A stretch of 64,000 nt of DNA from Octopus vulgaris. Taxonomy: Eukaryota. The translations under genes were made by a program, and so were the position numbers. Below, piece after piece: positions 30,052-45,234 of the stretch. Numbering within the stretch: position 1 is the stretch's first letter; each line of letters starts with the position of its first letter. The stretch covers positions 10,416,001 through 10,480,000 of the forward strand of contig OX597836.1 of assembly GCA_951406725.2 (NCBI GenBank), written 5' to 3'. The notes beneath the pieces are model-generated. The model was not told where the DNA came from and did no database searches. It was given only the letters and a program-made list of their open reading frames with translations.

Positions 30052-31900
30052 ATATATATACATACATGGATGAAAAATAAAAATAATACAACACTCACAC
30101 ATATATGCACACACGTGTGTGTGTGTGAGTCTGTGCGTCTGATAATTTTTGTGTACAGTCTATAGTGACGTAGCAATACCGACAAAATTTGCTTTAAACC
30201 AAGAAATATTTCAACACTTGAAAATTAAAAAAACAGGTTTTATCAAATAGAAGTAAAATAGTATATAAATCGTTGACAAATAGAATAAAGACTGGTATTT
30301 GCTTATTAAATATTTAATTAAATAGAATTGTAGAGTGGACAAATGGAATGGAATTTGGTATTTACTAAATTAAATATTTAATTTCATAAAACAGATGAGT
30401 TGACAGAATTAGTTAAAACATTGCCATGGTGGAGAGTGAAAAATTTATACAGTATTTGATTTTACGGCTCTATTTTGTTGGTTCATATTTCACTGAGAAG
30501 GACTTTTTATGTCGTTCCACCGGGGTCGATAAAAGAAGCACTAGTAAATATATTAGAAAGGTATTTCGATGTGCTCGCTGGCATACAAAATTGTCCTTTT
30601 ATAAAAAATAAAAAATAATTTATTTAGAAGTCCATATAAAATTCATATTATATTAGGACTCTGATAAACCTACCTGATAGATACATTGATCGAACTATAT
30701 TCAAACCAATCGATTAATCAGTTAGTTAAATTTTAACGAATCTACTACTACTACTACTACTACTAATAATAATAATAATAATAATAATCCTTTCTTCCGT
30801 AGGTACAAGTCTCGAAATATAGGGGGAAGGGGCTAGTCGATGTAATCGACTGGTACTTAACTTATCGACTCCGAAAGGATGTAAGTTAAAGTCGACCCTG
30901 GCGGCATTTGAACTCAGAACGTTAAAACAGACGAAAAACCGCTAAGCATAATAATAAATGTGAAACAGGAACAGTGCGGTTGTTTACTATTAGCATAATG
31001 ACCCTCCCAAGTAACAACAACATTTTTTTTTAACACACGAGTTGACATCAAGAGTCTCGTAAAGCAAATATAAAACGAATATATCATATTATGTTACATT
31101 ATATTATATTAACTACATCATATCAAAGGGATTGTTAAAATCCCATATAGTAACATGTGAGCATGCGCAATAACAGCGCGTCGCTGTATCCACCATTTGC
31201 TGGTGATTCCCTACACCTTTGCACAACACAGGCTACAACCCTCCAAACTATGGGTCGGTTTAGGTAGTTGTTGCTGATGAGGGTTTAGCGAGGTCGGAGT
31301 GCAAATCCTGCCTCAAATTCTTCTAGTTGCCTTTAATAACACGCAGAAGAAACATTGAGTCTTTCCTCTGACATGCCAGACCCCACACGGAACGCCATAC
31401 GTAATAAGATAAAATAAAATAGCTTTACGCATTGTTTCCTCGCCATGATTACAAACAGATATTATCTTCGTCTAGACACAGCGTTACAGAACGGTTAAGA
31501 GGTTTGCTTCGCTATCATGCGGTTCCAGGTTCGATTTCACTCTGTGGTTACTTGGGCAAGTGTATTTTACTAATGTTTTGGGTTGACCCAAACCTCATCA
31601 GTGTAAATGGGTGGAGGAAAACTGTACTGAAGCTCTTCGTGTGCGTTTGCATCTGTGATTCAAAGGTACAGCCTTGTCACGCTATCTGAGATCTACGTTA
31701 ATGGTACACGTGTTTACGGAATACTCGGTCACGTGCGCGTTAATTCAATGAGAAGAAAATTTTGTTAATCGAAGAATAAACGAATTCGTATCTGTGGAAA
31801 CCGACGGAGATCCATCCATCCCTTGATAACATGCGCCCATACACACACACACACCCACACCCACACATAGATAGAAAGATAGATAGATAGAAAGATAGAG

Positions 31901-31951
<51 letters not shown>

Positions 31952-31984
31952 GAGCGTTGTATATGCATGGATATTATATATAAG

Positions 31985-32016
<32 letters not shown>

Positions 32017-32101
32017 TGTATGTATGTAGATAGATAAAGAGAGAGAGAGAGAGAGGCGTTATATAGGCAAGAATATTAAATACAAGTATATGTATGTATG
32101 G

Positions 32102-32213
<112 letters not shown>

Positions 32214-32729
32214 CAGACAGATAGATAGATAGATAGACAGACAGATAGATAAACAGATAGACAGACATACAATCAGACCGACAGATAGATAGATAAGTGT
32301 GTGTGTGTGTATGTCTGTGTGCGTGCGTGTGTGTATGTGTGTGTGTGAGTTTGCAAGCATTCAAATGTTTTTCGAGAGGATATTTTGAACAAATTGTAAT
32401 ATACACACAGGCGTAAAGCAATGTAGATGACGTCCATTAATCTCGTCAGTTAGAGAGTATACGACTTAATCATAAACAAATGTAGGTAAATTATTCACAG
32501 TAAATGGATAGGCCCTGCTTTCTTCCACCCCCACCCCTCGGTCCCTTATTTTATAGTCTCTGTTTTGGGAGTTATTACGCTGAGATCCTAGCATTCCTGA
32601 CCGTGTAATTATTATAAACGGCAAAGATCTGATTTCCATAATTGAGGTTGACGTTGAGATTGTTTGATGTGTGTGCGTGCATGTGTGCGTGCGTATGTGT
32701 GTGTGTGTGCGTACGTATGTGTGTATATA

Positions 32730-32871
<142 letters not shown>

Positions 32872-32878
32872 TACACAT

Positions 32879-32953
<75 letters not shown>

Positions 32954-32996
32954 CATATATACATATATATATATGTACATACACACACACACACAC

Positions 32997-33050
<54 letters not shown>

Positions 33051-33414
33051 CACATACTCATATATGCGGTGTGTGCGCGCGTGGATATGCGTACTTGCAT
33101 GTACGTCTGTGTGTACCTGCGTGTGTGCGTGTGTGTGTGTGCGTGCGTGCGTGCGTGTGTATGTGCGTTTATACAAATATATACATATATATATACATTC
33201 ACATGCACACACACACACACATATATACACATACATATATATATACACATTCACATGCACACACACGCATATATACATATACGTATAAATTTAATATTTA
33301 TTTTATCTAATTTATTACATAATGTATATATATCATACAATATATATGACTATACATATAAATATTTGTATGTATGCGTGTATAAGTATGTACATGTGTA
33401 TAACTATCTATCTT

Positions 33415-33503
<89 letters not shown>

Positions 33504-33609
33504 ACATATATACATATATATATATATGTTTATATATATAATGTATACTATGTATGTACACACACACACACACACACACACATATGAGTGTATATGTATG
33601 TTTTATATA

Positions 33610-34045
33610 TATTGGGTTATCCTCTAAATTATGCGGGTTTTTCAACACCATGAACTGAAGGTCGATAGGGGACGGAATAAACTACCTGCATCAACTTGCT
33701 ATAAAAGCAGGTAGTAATTTTACCTTGTCCTTATTCTTAGTGTAAGTTTTGAGGTGTGCAGTTCCATTTTAACAGTTATGTTTTCAAAGCTATAATGGAA
33801 GTGACAAAGGAGCATGCATACTCGGCATATTTTGCTTTATGGGTTCAATAAAGGCAACAACGCAACGGAAAGTGCAAGGAATATCAAAAAATCAATATAT
33901 GGGGATCGGACAATAAGCGTAAGCCAGTGTCAACGGTGGGTCTTGGAAATTCCGAGCCGGAAGAACTTTAGAGCTCGACGACAATGTTCTGGTGGAACAA
34001 AATTCTATCGTAGCTGTTGAGGAACTAGCAGAGAAGCTTCGATCT
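33610..34045 (+). mobile_element. Degenerate mariner transposon, 5' half (left TIR plus HTH)
   Basis: Begins TATTGGGTT. From the ATG at 33795 it reads MEVTKEH..RHILLYGFNKGNNATESARNI..IYGDRTISVSQCQRW..VEELAEKL, a Mos1-like HTH with frameshifts. Confidence 0.82.
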
Positions 34046-34602
34046 TCCCATTTTCTAGTAAGGCCTCTTTGTTGTTACTTGGGAGGGTCATTATGCTAAT
34101 ACTAAACACACGCACTCTTCCTGTTTCACTTTTATTATTATGCTTAGCGGTATTTCGTCTGTTTTCATGTTCTGAGTTCAAATGACGCCAGGGTCGACTT
34201 TGACTTACATCCTTTCGGAGTCGATAAGTTAAGTACCAGTCGATTACATCGACTAAGACCCACCCCCCGCCACACCTCTGATTCAAGGAAGATAATCCGT
34301 CTTCATTAATGTTTTTTTGCTTAGACTTATTCCTCGAGTTCTCAGCGTTTCCTCAAGTCTGCGGCGTAGATATTTTAAATTTTGTATTTATATAGAGTTT
34401 GATGAGCTGTCCCCAAGGCTTTGCCTTGTGGATGCGCAACCTTGGGTCACTCTATGTCCAAGATGTGGTAAGGAACTTGCTTCCCAACCACACGGTTCCG
34501 GGTTCAGTCCCACTGCGCGGCACCTCGGGCGAACCTTGGGTCGACCAAAGTCTTGTGTGTGGATTTGGTAGAGCGGAAACTGAAAGACTGTTGTCGTGTG
34601 TT

Positions 34603-34699
<97 letters not shown>

Positions 34700-35374
34700 T
34701 GATAGATAGATAGATAAATATATATGTGTGTATGTGTGTGTGTCTGTGTGTCTGTGTTTGTCCTGCACCATCGCTTGGCAACCGATGTTGGTGTGTTTAC
34801 GTCCGTGAAACCTTGCAGCTCCGCAATAAAGACTGATAGAATAAGTACTAGACTTACAAAAGAATAAGTCCTAGGGTCGATTTCTTCGACTAAAACCTTT
34901 CAACGCGGTGTTCCAGCATGGCCGTATTCAAATGATTGAAACAAGTAAGAGAATAAAAGAATATATATTATATACGACAGAAACAGACAGACAGTCCGGC
35001 AGGGTAGGCATATATAGGCATATAAACATTATAATATGTGGTATGACGTCTTGTAAACCAGTGACAGACTGAAGCTGAATTCCCACGATTAACCAACCAC
35101 ATACATCATACATGTAAACAGTTCAGACGTCAACAGGTAGGCGCATGACGTAATGAATTTCATTCAATGCGCTTTCTCTTAATTCTTAGTGTGCGTGTAT
35201 GCACACACACACGTTACCGTACACACATAAGTATTCACACACATACACATATTGTGGTTGGGAGTGAATGTGTGTGTATGAGTGTGTTTGTGTGTGTGTT
35301 TCTGTCACATTCTGTACTCTTTATTTCTCTTTTCGAATAAAATGTTTATGATTTGTGTGTGCTCGGAACAGACG

Positions 35375-35545
35375 TTAATTTAAAGAGATACCTCTTGTCA
35401 CCCGAGGAGACACATCTACACCGACGAATACTCCTAAAACAGTTGTTAAGTATCCCACCCCATGAGGGATCGCTGCTTGATGAGTCGAAACAAATGTAGG
35501 GATCAACAAATATCTCGTATCTTCCATTTCTCGTCTCTTTCATTA

Positions 35546-35550
<5 letters not shown>
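35375..35550 (+). mobile_element. Degenerate second copy of the hammerhead-bearing 3' end at 17630-17795
   Basis: Shares GAGACACATCTACACCG...GTTGTTAAGTATCCCACCC...GTCGAAACAA...TCTCGTATCTTCCAT with the first copy. The core is mutated to CCGAGGA, and the copy ends in (TA)n. Confidence 0.75.
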
Positions 35551-35626
<76 letters not shown>

Positions 35627-35864
35627 TCATATACATAGGTAGATAACAAGGTGGGAAAAATAGTATTCGAATACCAAAGATTAATAAAGATACTATTTTA
35701 TCAAAGTCCACTCAAAACTCCATAGACTGTTTTGTGTGAAACTCATAGACTGCGATGTTATTTTTGGCTTTAATAACATACGGCAGACACACACACACAC
35801 ACACACACATACACATAGGGTCTACACGCACACACATACACATATATATAGGGTATACACCAGA

Positions 35865-36414
35865 TATAGGGTATATCATCATCTGGAAAAGATTTTCTAA
35901 CTAGAAAGTGTATGGCCTGGTCAGCCTGTAATGACATGCATAATATCTGGTCATCAAATCTAAGTAGAGATTTCAAATTTGAAATCTTCAAAGCCACAGT
36001 CGAACGAATTCTACTATATGGCTCAGAAACCTGGACGTTATCAAAGAAGCTTGAGAGGCGGTTGGATGGAACCTACACTCGCCTCCTTATGAGAGCTCAA
36101 GATCTCTCGTGGAAGCGTCATCCAACCAAAATGCAAATATATGGGAAACTACCACCTGTGTCATCTCTTGTGAAGGGTAGGAGAGTCCAGTTTGCTGGAC
36201 ATTGTTGTAGAGCTGAAAACGAGGTAATTTCTACTCTTCTCCTCTGGAAGCCATCTACTCACAATACCAGAGGACACACACTCTCCTACCCTGATGTAAT
36301 CTCCAGGGATACAGGCATCCAGCAACAGGGCCTCCGTAATGCTATGATGGACCGTGAAGTCTGGCGTAGCATGGTAAATTCCATTGTCTCGACCACGGTC
36401 GAACAATGATGATG
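35865..36414 (+). mobile_element. 5'-truncated RTE-X/RTE LINE (RT thumb and C-terminus) with (TGA)n tail and target-site duplication
   Basis: ORF 35912-36409 contains ILLYGSETWTL, LDGTYTRLL, FAGHCCR and AMMDREVWR. The tail is TGATGATGA, and ATACACCAGA is repeated at 35855-35864 and 36415-36424. Confidence 0.9.
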
Positions 36415-36815
36415 ATACACCAGAGAGACCTTTCTAGATACCCTTAAAGCCAAGAAGTTTTCAGCACCCGAACGTATGCATATGTGTGTATGTTCGCGCG
36501 TGTGTGTACGCATGTGAGAAATTATAGTGTTAATCCAATGAAGGTCCCCCCCCACAAAAAAAATGTTCCAAGTTGGCAGTTCAACTTCGAGATCTCGAAT
36601 CGAATTGAAAATATGTCAGCATATGGTTTGTTTATACGATGGAATGTCAAAATATAGTCTAAAACAGCAGAGATAGAACTCTTTGATAATAAAGTGTTTG
36701 TTAAATACTTAGAATAAACATAGAAAAACTGTCTTTCTTTTCGGTCTACAAAGCGCCAGAATTGTTTTGGTCTACATTCAGCCTTTTCTAAGTTTAATGT
36801 ATCTATAACTAAATT

Positions 36816-36847
<32 letters not shown>

Positions 36848-37765
36848 TTTATTTATATATATATAAAATACAAAATGGGACAAGAACGCAAAACATCCAA
36901 ACAGACGATACAAAAACTACGAATGGGTCATTCGAAGCCTTTAATCTTCAGTCAAGAACCGGATCATCCTTGCAATTTCGGCTGATTAATCTCGAGATTG
37001 CTCCAATCTGGCCAGCCACAAGGAAAAATTAAGCTAAGAGCATTAGATTCCTTGGAAAAAGGATCGAATGTATATATATATATGTATAGATAGACAGATA
37101 TATGTATATAGACAGAGACATGTGTGCGTGCGTGTATATATTTATATACGCACATATGGACATATGTATATAAATACATACATGCATGCACACACATACA
37201 CAAGTCTGTGTGTGGCTTTGTATGTATGCGTGTGTGCGTGTGTGTGTCATTGCGCCGTATCTGTCCTTATTTTTCGTACCAGTCTCAAATCTGGGTTCTG
37301 CTTTGCTTTCAGTTTTAAAACATGTCTTTCTTTTATATTTTATTTCCAGACGAACGATACCAATGTTTCCCAAGTGTCGAAATCGTAACAACTCTTGATG
37401 AAAATTTTTAAAAAATTGGCTGCCGAAATGGATTTATCCATACCTGTGTATTTTTGTCCGCTCCGTTAATTGTACACCTTGACCATTATTTTGATTTTCA
37501 ATTTCAAGCATGCGCAGTGAAATTTTCCCACGTAGTTGATATTTTCTCTCGATGTGACTCACACTATTTTTCTCACGAACTATTTTGTCCCTCACCCCCA
37601 CTCTTTCTCTCTCACAAATCCCTCTGTTGCTCTATTTTGCTTGTTCCTCTCTCTCTCTCTCAGCTTTTTCTCGATCTATCTTCCCCACTCCCTTTCTTTC
37701 ACTATCTTTCTCTTTCTCTGGCTTGTCCTTTCCCCTCTTTTCTTGCTCACGCCCAATCTTGCCCA

Positions 37766-37797
<32 letters not shown>

Positions 37798-38384
37798 ACT
37801 ATCCTTCTCTTATTCTATTTTGCCTATTCTTCCCCCCTCTCTTTTTCTTTCCATCTTACCTTTTTTCTCTCTCACTATCTTTCTTCTGTTGCTCTATTTT
37901 TCTATCTCTTACCGCACCTCCTTTTCACGCCACTCACGCCACCCGGTCCTGCTAATCTCCACCACTCCCATCTTGTCGTCATTTTGTCTGGCGAGCGACG
38001 CAATGACCACACGTGGCAAAATTTCTTTGTTCAGGCTCTCGTTCTTTACCTGTATTTTCCCTGTTTATTTCTGTCTTCAGTCAAAACAAAGCCAACCTTT
38101 TTTTGTTTACAATCTGCAACTGTTATTCTTGTTCTTCGCACCAGTTTCACGTCTCCGACCTTTTTGTTTTCACTCACACGACTTGGTTTTAATTTCAACG
38201 CCCTTCTCAAGCGCCGAAATCGTGCTGGTTATTCTACTTTTAATGTGTATGTACGCACATTTGTATGTTCTTACGTTATGTTCATGACGTAAATACATAG
38301 AAATAGGAGTACATACATACATATGTATGCATGTACGTACACCTTTCGACGTGGTGGTCTCCCGATATACAGTATACATAAATA

Positions 38385-38419
<35 letters not shown>

Positions 38420-38665
38420 TCATACACACACACATACACATTCATACACACAAACACACACACACACACACATACACACACACATACATATTCATACACA
38501 CAAACACACACACACACACACATACACACACACATACACATTCATACACACAAACACACACACACACACACATACACACACACACACACACACATTCATA
38601 CACACACACATTCATACACACAAACACACACACACACACTTCCATCAACACATATACAGACATGC

Positions 38666-38696
<31 letters not shown>

Positions 38697-38943
38697 CATA
38701 CATACATACATACATACATACATACATACATACATACAATTTATCTTTTATTTCTTTCGGCCATTAGACTACGGCCATGCTAGAGCACCGCATCGAAGAA
38801 ATTCAATCGAACCCCCAAAACCTTTTTTTTTGTAAAGCCTGTTATTTATTCTGTCGATCTCTTATGCCGAACTTCTAAGTTACACACCAACGTGGTTGTC
38901 AAGCGGAGGTAGTGGACAAACACAGAAAGGCACACACACTCAC

Positions 38944-39011
<68 letters not shown>

Positions 39012-39014
39012 TTA

Positions 39015-39049
<35 letters not shown>

Positions 39050-39054
39050 ATTTA

Positions 39055-39183
<129 letters not shown>

Positions 39184-39315
39184 TTATCTGTCTGTCTGTC
39201 TGTCTGTCTGACTGTCTGTGTGTTTATGCAAACATACACACGCACGCACACATATATACAGATATATAAACATGTATGTATGTTTAAGTGTGTGTGTGTA
39301 TATGTGTTGATGGAA

Positions 39316-39346
<31 letters not shown>

Positions 39347-39694
39347 TAAGCATCAATTATTGTTATATACCCTATATAATAGTTGGGCCAACACAACATT
39401 TCCAATTATAGTATAATAATTTCCGATCCGCGAAGAAGAATTCAATTTTTGACCTTTCACCTTTGCTTCCGTGACCTTTATCGTTGCTAAACATAGTGAT
39501 TCGGAGTCCTAACTGTATTTAACCTATATCCACTTACACAACCATCTGTTTGACAAAATACAACCATTATTGCCATCTTGGGGTGAAATGTTTTGGCAAC
39601 GCCAATGCTTTGTGCTTCGCTTTATCTTGTCACGTAATTGATGTTTCATAAACAATTTCATAAACTCACGCAAATACATAGATCTAGATTCGTA

Positions 39695-39736
<42 letters not shown>

Positions 39737-40039
39737 TATATATATATATATTGTGGAGGCGCAATGGCCCAGTGGCAGCAGACTTGCGGTCGTAGGACAG
39801 CGGTTTCGATTCCCAGACCGGACGTTGTGAGTGTTTATTGAGCGAAAACACCTGAAGTTCCACGAGGCTCCGGCAGGGGGTAGTGGCGATCCTTGCTGTA
39901 CTCATAATACTCTTAGCTTAATTTTTCTTTGGGGCTGGCCAGATTGGAGCAATCTCGAGTATAACCAGTCAAAATTGCAAAGATAATCTGGAACTCGACT
40001 GAGGAAAGAAAACTCCGAGTGACCCGTCGTATATGTATG

Positions 40040-40123
<84 letters not shown>

Positions 40124-40284
40124 TGTGTCTGTGTTTGTCAACCGATGCTGGTGTGTTTACGTTCCCGTAACTTAGCGGTTCGGCAAAAGTGACCGATAGA
40201 ATAAGTCCTGGGGTCGATTTCCTCGACTAAAGGTGCTCCAGCATGGCCACAGCCAAATGACTGAAACAAGTAAAAGAGTAAAGA

Positions 40285-40347
<63 letters not shown>

Positions 40348-40361
40348 CATACATACATATG

Positions 40362-40452
<91 letters not shown>

Positions 40453-40955
40453 TCCCAATACTATTGGCGCCTAGACCTGTATGTTTTTTCATTAAATTTC
40501 AAACAAAGACCCATTTAAATAATAATTATGGTTTCAACAGTGGAATAATTTATTTAGCCTCAAGCTTAAGAAGGAAATTAACATTCCCCCCCCACCCTAC
40601 TTAGGTCCCTGAAATGTTGCTTTATGGTCCCTCTTCTTGCCCCTTTGCTCCTTCATTTCGTTTAATTTTCACTTCTCCTTTTGTTATAACTGACTCTTCT
40701 ATCATTTTATATATGCATATAGATACGTACGTATATACACACACACACAATACATGTTGTGTATAGCCTATAGAAAGTGATATAGTTACATCGGTAACTG
40801 AGAAAAATGCGCCATGCTTTTGCAGATGCCGTTTGTCTTAAACAGAAGTAAATCAAAAGATTGTTTAATGCATTCTAATGAAAGCTGTTTTGGTCATGTC
40901 TGTCAAATTAAGTTTTCTTACTGCTCGTCTTATTATTGCATTGTACAGTTTCGTA

Positions 40956-41003
<48 letters not shown>

Positions 41004-41008
41004 CAGCA

Positions 41009-41055
<47 letters not shown>

Positions 41056-41181
41056 GCGAAGATGATCCGGTTCTTGACTGAAGATTGAAGGCTTCGAATG
41101 TCCCGTCCGTGTTTTTTGTATCGTCTTCTAAATGTTTCACGTTCTTGTCCCAGTTTGTATTTTTTTACATCTACACACACA

Positions 41182-41234
<53 letters not shown>

Positions 41235-41375
41235 GTTTTCAGTGCTAATGGGGTTTTTTGATACGGCGCCGAGTTTACAAACCTGTAAATAATAATAATG
41301 GTATTTTTATATAATCTTAAAGCTTATGGTAATTGCCATGCAATGACTATAAAAATGCCATTATTATTATTTACA

Positions 41376-41421
<46 letters not shown>

Positions 41422-41429
41422 TTTTTGTC

Positions 41430-41842
41430 TTTTACTCTTTTACTTGTTTCAGTTATTTGACTGCGGCCATGCTGGAGCGCACCGCCCTTAGTCGAGCAAA
41501 TCGACCCCAGGACTTATTCTTTGTAAGTGTAGTACTTATTCTATCGGTCTCTTTTTGCCGAACCGCTAAGTTGCGGGGACGTAAGCACACCAGCATCGGT
41601 TGTCAAGCGATGTTGGGAGGACAAATACAGACACTCAAACATATATACGCACACACATACATATATATATATACATATATACGACGGGCTTCTTTCAGTT
41701 TCCGTCAACAAATCCACTCACAAGGCTTTGGTCGGCCCGAGACTATAGTAGAAGACACTTACCCGAGGTGCCATGCAGTGGGACTGAACCCGGAACCATG
41801 TGGTTCGTAAGCAAGATACTTACCACACAGCCACTCCTACGC
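41430..41842 (-). mobile_element. SINE family A, full length
   Basis: Same family. Further or partial copies lie at about 5300-5520, 28655-28865, 34462-34960, 38745-38935, 40120-40285 and 44685-44860. Confidence 0.88.
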
Positions 41843-42785
41843 ATAAGTTTCTGTAGCAATCTTGCCCAATTTAACACAAAACTTTATTGCATGGCAAACT
41901 TCCAGCTTGTCTTCACGTCACGACTGTGGAGGCACATGACCTAGTGGTTAGAGCAGCGGACTCGAGGTCAAGGGATCGCGGGTTCGAATCTCAGACCGGG
42001 TGATGTGTGTGTTTAAGAGCGAAACACCTAAGCTCCACGCGGCTCCGGCAGAATGTAATGGCGAACTTCTGTTGACTCTTTCACCACAACTTTCTCTCAC
42101 TCTTTCCTCCTGCATCTTGCAGCTAACCTGCGACGGACCGGCGATCTGTACAGGTGGGGAATCTATACGCCAAGGAAACCGGGAAACCGGCCCTTATGAG
42201 CCAGGCATAGATCGAGAAGGAACAAACTACACGACACGACTGCATTCTGCAAACGAGTCAGCAGTGACAAACAGCATTTACTAGGATCTGTCCAAAGGGT
42301 TGTTACAGCCGTCTCCCTCAATCTGGAATGACAAAAGTCGGCATGTCAGCTTATTAGATATATAGAACTGATAAACTAAAATTCCGATAATCTAGGACAG
42401 TCATAACTGCCCTTCCTTAAAAAGGCCTCAAGACTTTTGGAATACCCCGAGTAGCTTTATTAAGCATTCCGTCTTCTTACTTCCGCTACGTACATTACAT
42501 TATGATAAAATTACGGCGAGATATACTTTTAATTACTGTAATATAAAATTATATATCTTTGTATCTTTATGTATGTTTGACAATGAAAGGAAATGTAAAT
42601 ATTTTATTGGAGATTGTATTTAAAGCAGAGATTAAGGAGGGATTAGAGCGACAGACAATAAAAGAATTAAGGTGACATAACATAAATGTTTTAAGAGATA
42701 AAGGCTGCCATTTAGCAAATCGTAGGTTATGAACATAACATACGTATATGTGTGTGTGCATGTATATATGCGTGGGTTTACAAAG

Positions 42786-42871
<86 letters not shown>

Positions 42872-43189
42872 TATATATATATATATATATATATATTCAT
42901 GTATATATATATGTATATATATATATATATGTATATAATATTATTAGAGACAAAACCACTATTTTGCAAAACAAACATATGTATATATATATATATATAT
43001 ATACTAAGCAATAAAGGGTTTGGCAACGAATTGCCTTACCACATACCGAATTTAGAAATAGCAGTCAAAGAGTTATAGCTATTTCTTCTACTAAAAAGGG
43101 AGATCTCAGTAAAAACAGCAATTGTAAGGCAGACACAAACAGGTAAGAGAGAATGAATTGACGGCAATCTATCATACAATTTTAAGTTA

Positions 43190-43289
43190 TCTACGGACGT
43201 ACGTTTCGAAATCAAGTTTTTAGGAAAGCATAAGAATTAAATATTAAATAATTCTATCTTACCAAGAACTCTTTTCTCTTCAGCGTAGA
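43190..43289 (-). ncRNA. Type I hammerhead ribozyme, copy 1
   Basis: The minus strand reads TCTACG-CTGAAGA-GAAAAGAGTT...AACTTGATTTC-GAAAC-GTAC-GTC-CGTAGA. Stem I is TCTACG/CGTAGA, the core is CUGAAGA/GAAA, stem III is the palindrome ACGTACGT, and the cleavage triplet is GUC. Confidence 0.88.
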
Positions 43290-43782
43290 ATACTATAATC
43301 ATAAATGATTATATATTGAATTTTGAGATACTAGAAGGCATCATCTCAACTCAGTATCAGAGCGAGCTAGAATCCGCAACTAGTATCACCAAATTCAATG
43401 TGTGAATGAAAAGATTGTGTCACCAGCCCCTTCCCACCCGCGTGTAGCCAAAACAAGATGCTGTGGTCATCTACTGAGATAAAATATGGTTATCCGTAAT
43501 AATGAAGGGTGAAATTAATTAATTTGGAATAATTATCAATTACACCAAGTAGTCTTCGGCATGTAAAAGCCTCATTCGAGGAAAATTTAAGTAATACTAA
43601 GCAATAAAGGGTTTGGCAACGAATTGCCTTACCACATACCGAATTTAGAAATAGCAGTCAAAGAGTTATAGCTATTTCTTCTACTAAAGAGGGAGATCTC
43701 AGTAAAAACAGCAATTGTAAGGCAGACACAAACAGGTAAGAGAGAATGAATTGACGGCAATCTATCATACAATTTTAAGTTA

Positions 43783-43883
43783 TCTACGGACGTACGTTTC
43801 GAAATCAAGTTTTTAGGAAAGCATAAGAATTAAATATTAAATAATTCTATCTTACCAAGAACTTCTTTTCTCTTCAGCGTAGA
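43783..43883 (-). ncRNA. Type I hammerhead ribozyme, copy 2
   Basis: Same motif as 43190-43289 with one extra nucleotide in stem II. Confidence 0.88.
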
Positions 43884-43884
43884 A

Positions 43885-43955
<71 letters not shown>

Positions 43956-45234
43956 AATATATATAAATATATATATGTACATTTATATACATACATACAT
44001 ATGTATATATACGTGTGCACAGGTATTTAGCTATCTATCTATCTTTCTACATACGTACATATATACATACACACCGCACGCACGTACGCACGTACGCACG
44101 CACACACGCACACACACAATCATAAGATCCAAGGGTCTAAGTGTAGGAAGTCTGTAAGCTTCGAGCAGTCCATGGCAGGTATAAAAAAAAAAAACAACGT
44201 CCAAGAGCAATAACAATGATTCAGAGAACATCTGAAACGGATCGCGGTTTCAAATGTTGGCAGAAGCCAATGTAACCAGCCTAACACAATAACCCTGTCG
44301 ACGAAGATTTGATAAAAAAATAAATACGTAAATAAATAATATAAATGAATAAATAAATAAATAAATGTAAGAATGTATACCTACCAATAATGTATGTCCC
44401 CTCTCCTTTCCTCCTACCCTACCCACCCCGTATACCTCGTAAAAATGAGGAAATTAATAGTTAAAAGTATTTAAATTGCTTTGATATGAAAATGCTTATA
44501 AGTGTTTCACAATGCAAACATTGAGAAGGAAGACAAATATTTGACTCAGACGCGAACAATGCGTTGCATACAAAGACATGGGGATTATTTGGGGATTAAA
44601 GTAACAGATTATAAAAGAATTAAGATGGCGTAACGTACACACACACACGAACAGAGATATGTGTGTTTGCGAATATTTTTTCCAGGCGCAGGCGTGGCCA
44701 TGTGGTAAGAAGTTAGCTTCTCAACCGCACTATTCCAAGTTCAGTCCCACTGCGTGGTACCTTGGGCAAATGTTTTTAACTATTGCCTTGTGCCGCCCAA
44801 AGCTTTGTGACCTTGTGAGTCGATTTGGTAGACGGAAACTGAAAGAAACCCGTCGTGTGTGTGTATATTTATATATAAAAGTAGATAAATGGTACAAGGC
44901 ACCGATATTTACTGGAAAATATGTATATACTAGCATTATGACCCGTCGTTGCCGGGTCATAGTGCTAGTGCATGTATATATGTGTATATATATGTGTACA
45001 TATTACATGTACATCTATATATATATATACATCTACACATAAAATACAAAATACAAAGTTATATCTTGATATCGCTAGTGATAACAATACTCAAAATATA
45101 TAACAGACTGGAATTGTAAGCCCGTCTCTTGCAATTTCGATCAATTGGATCTTGTCCTCCCTCTTGTATAGAAGTGTGGCTTTCTCAAAATAACTTGTCC
45201 GACTGTCCCATAGGCCGAAAAAAATTAAAGCAAA

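Larger units (their letters stand above)
43001..43890 (-). mobile_element. Retrozyme/Penelope-like non-autonomous element: 1.5 copies of a 593-bp unit with two type I hammerheads, inserted in (TA)n
   Basis: Direct repeats 43001-43296 and 43594-43890 are offset by 593 bp, with one substitution and one 1-nt indel seen. Each repeat carries a complete hammerhead. There is no long ORF, and (TA)n flanks both sides. Confidence 0.85.
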
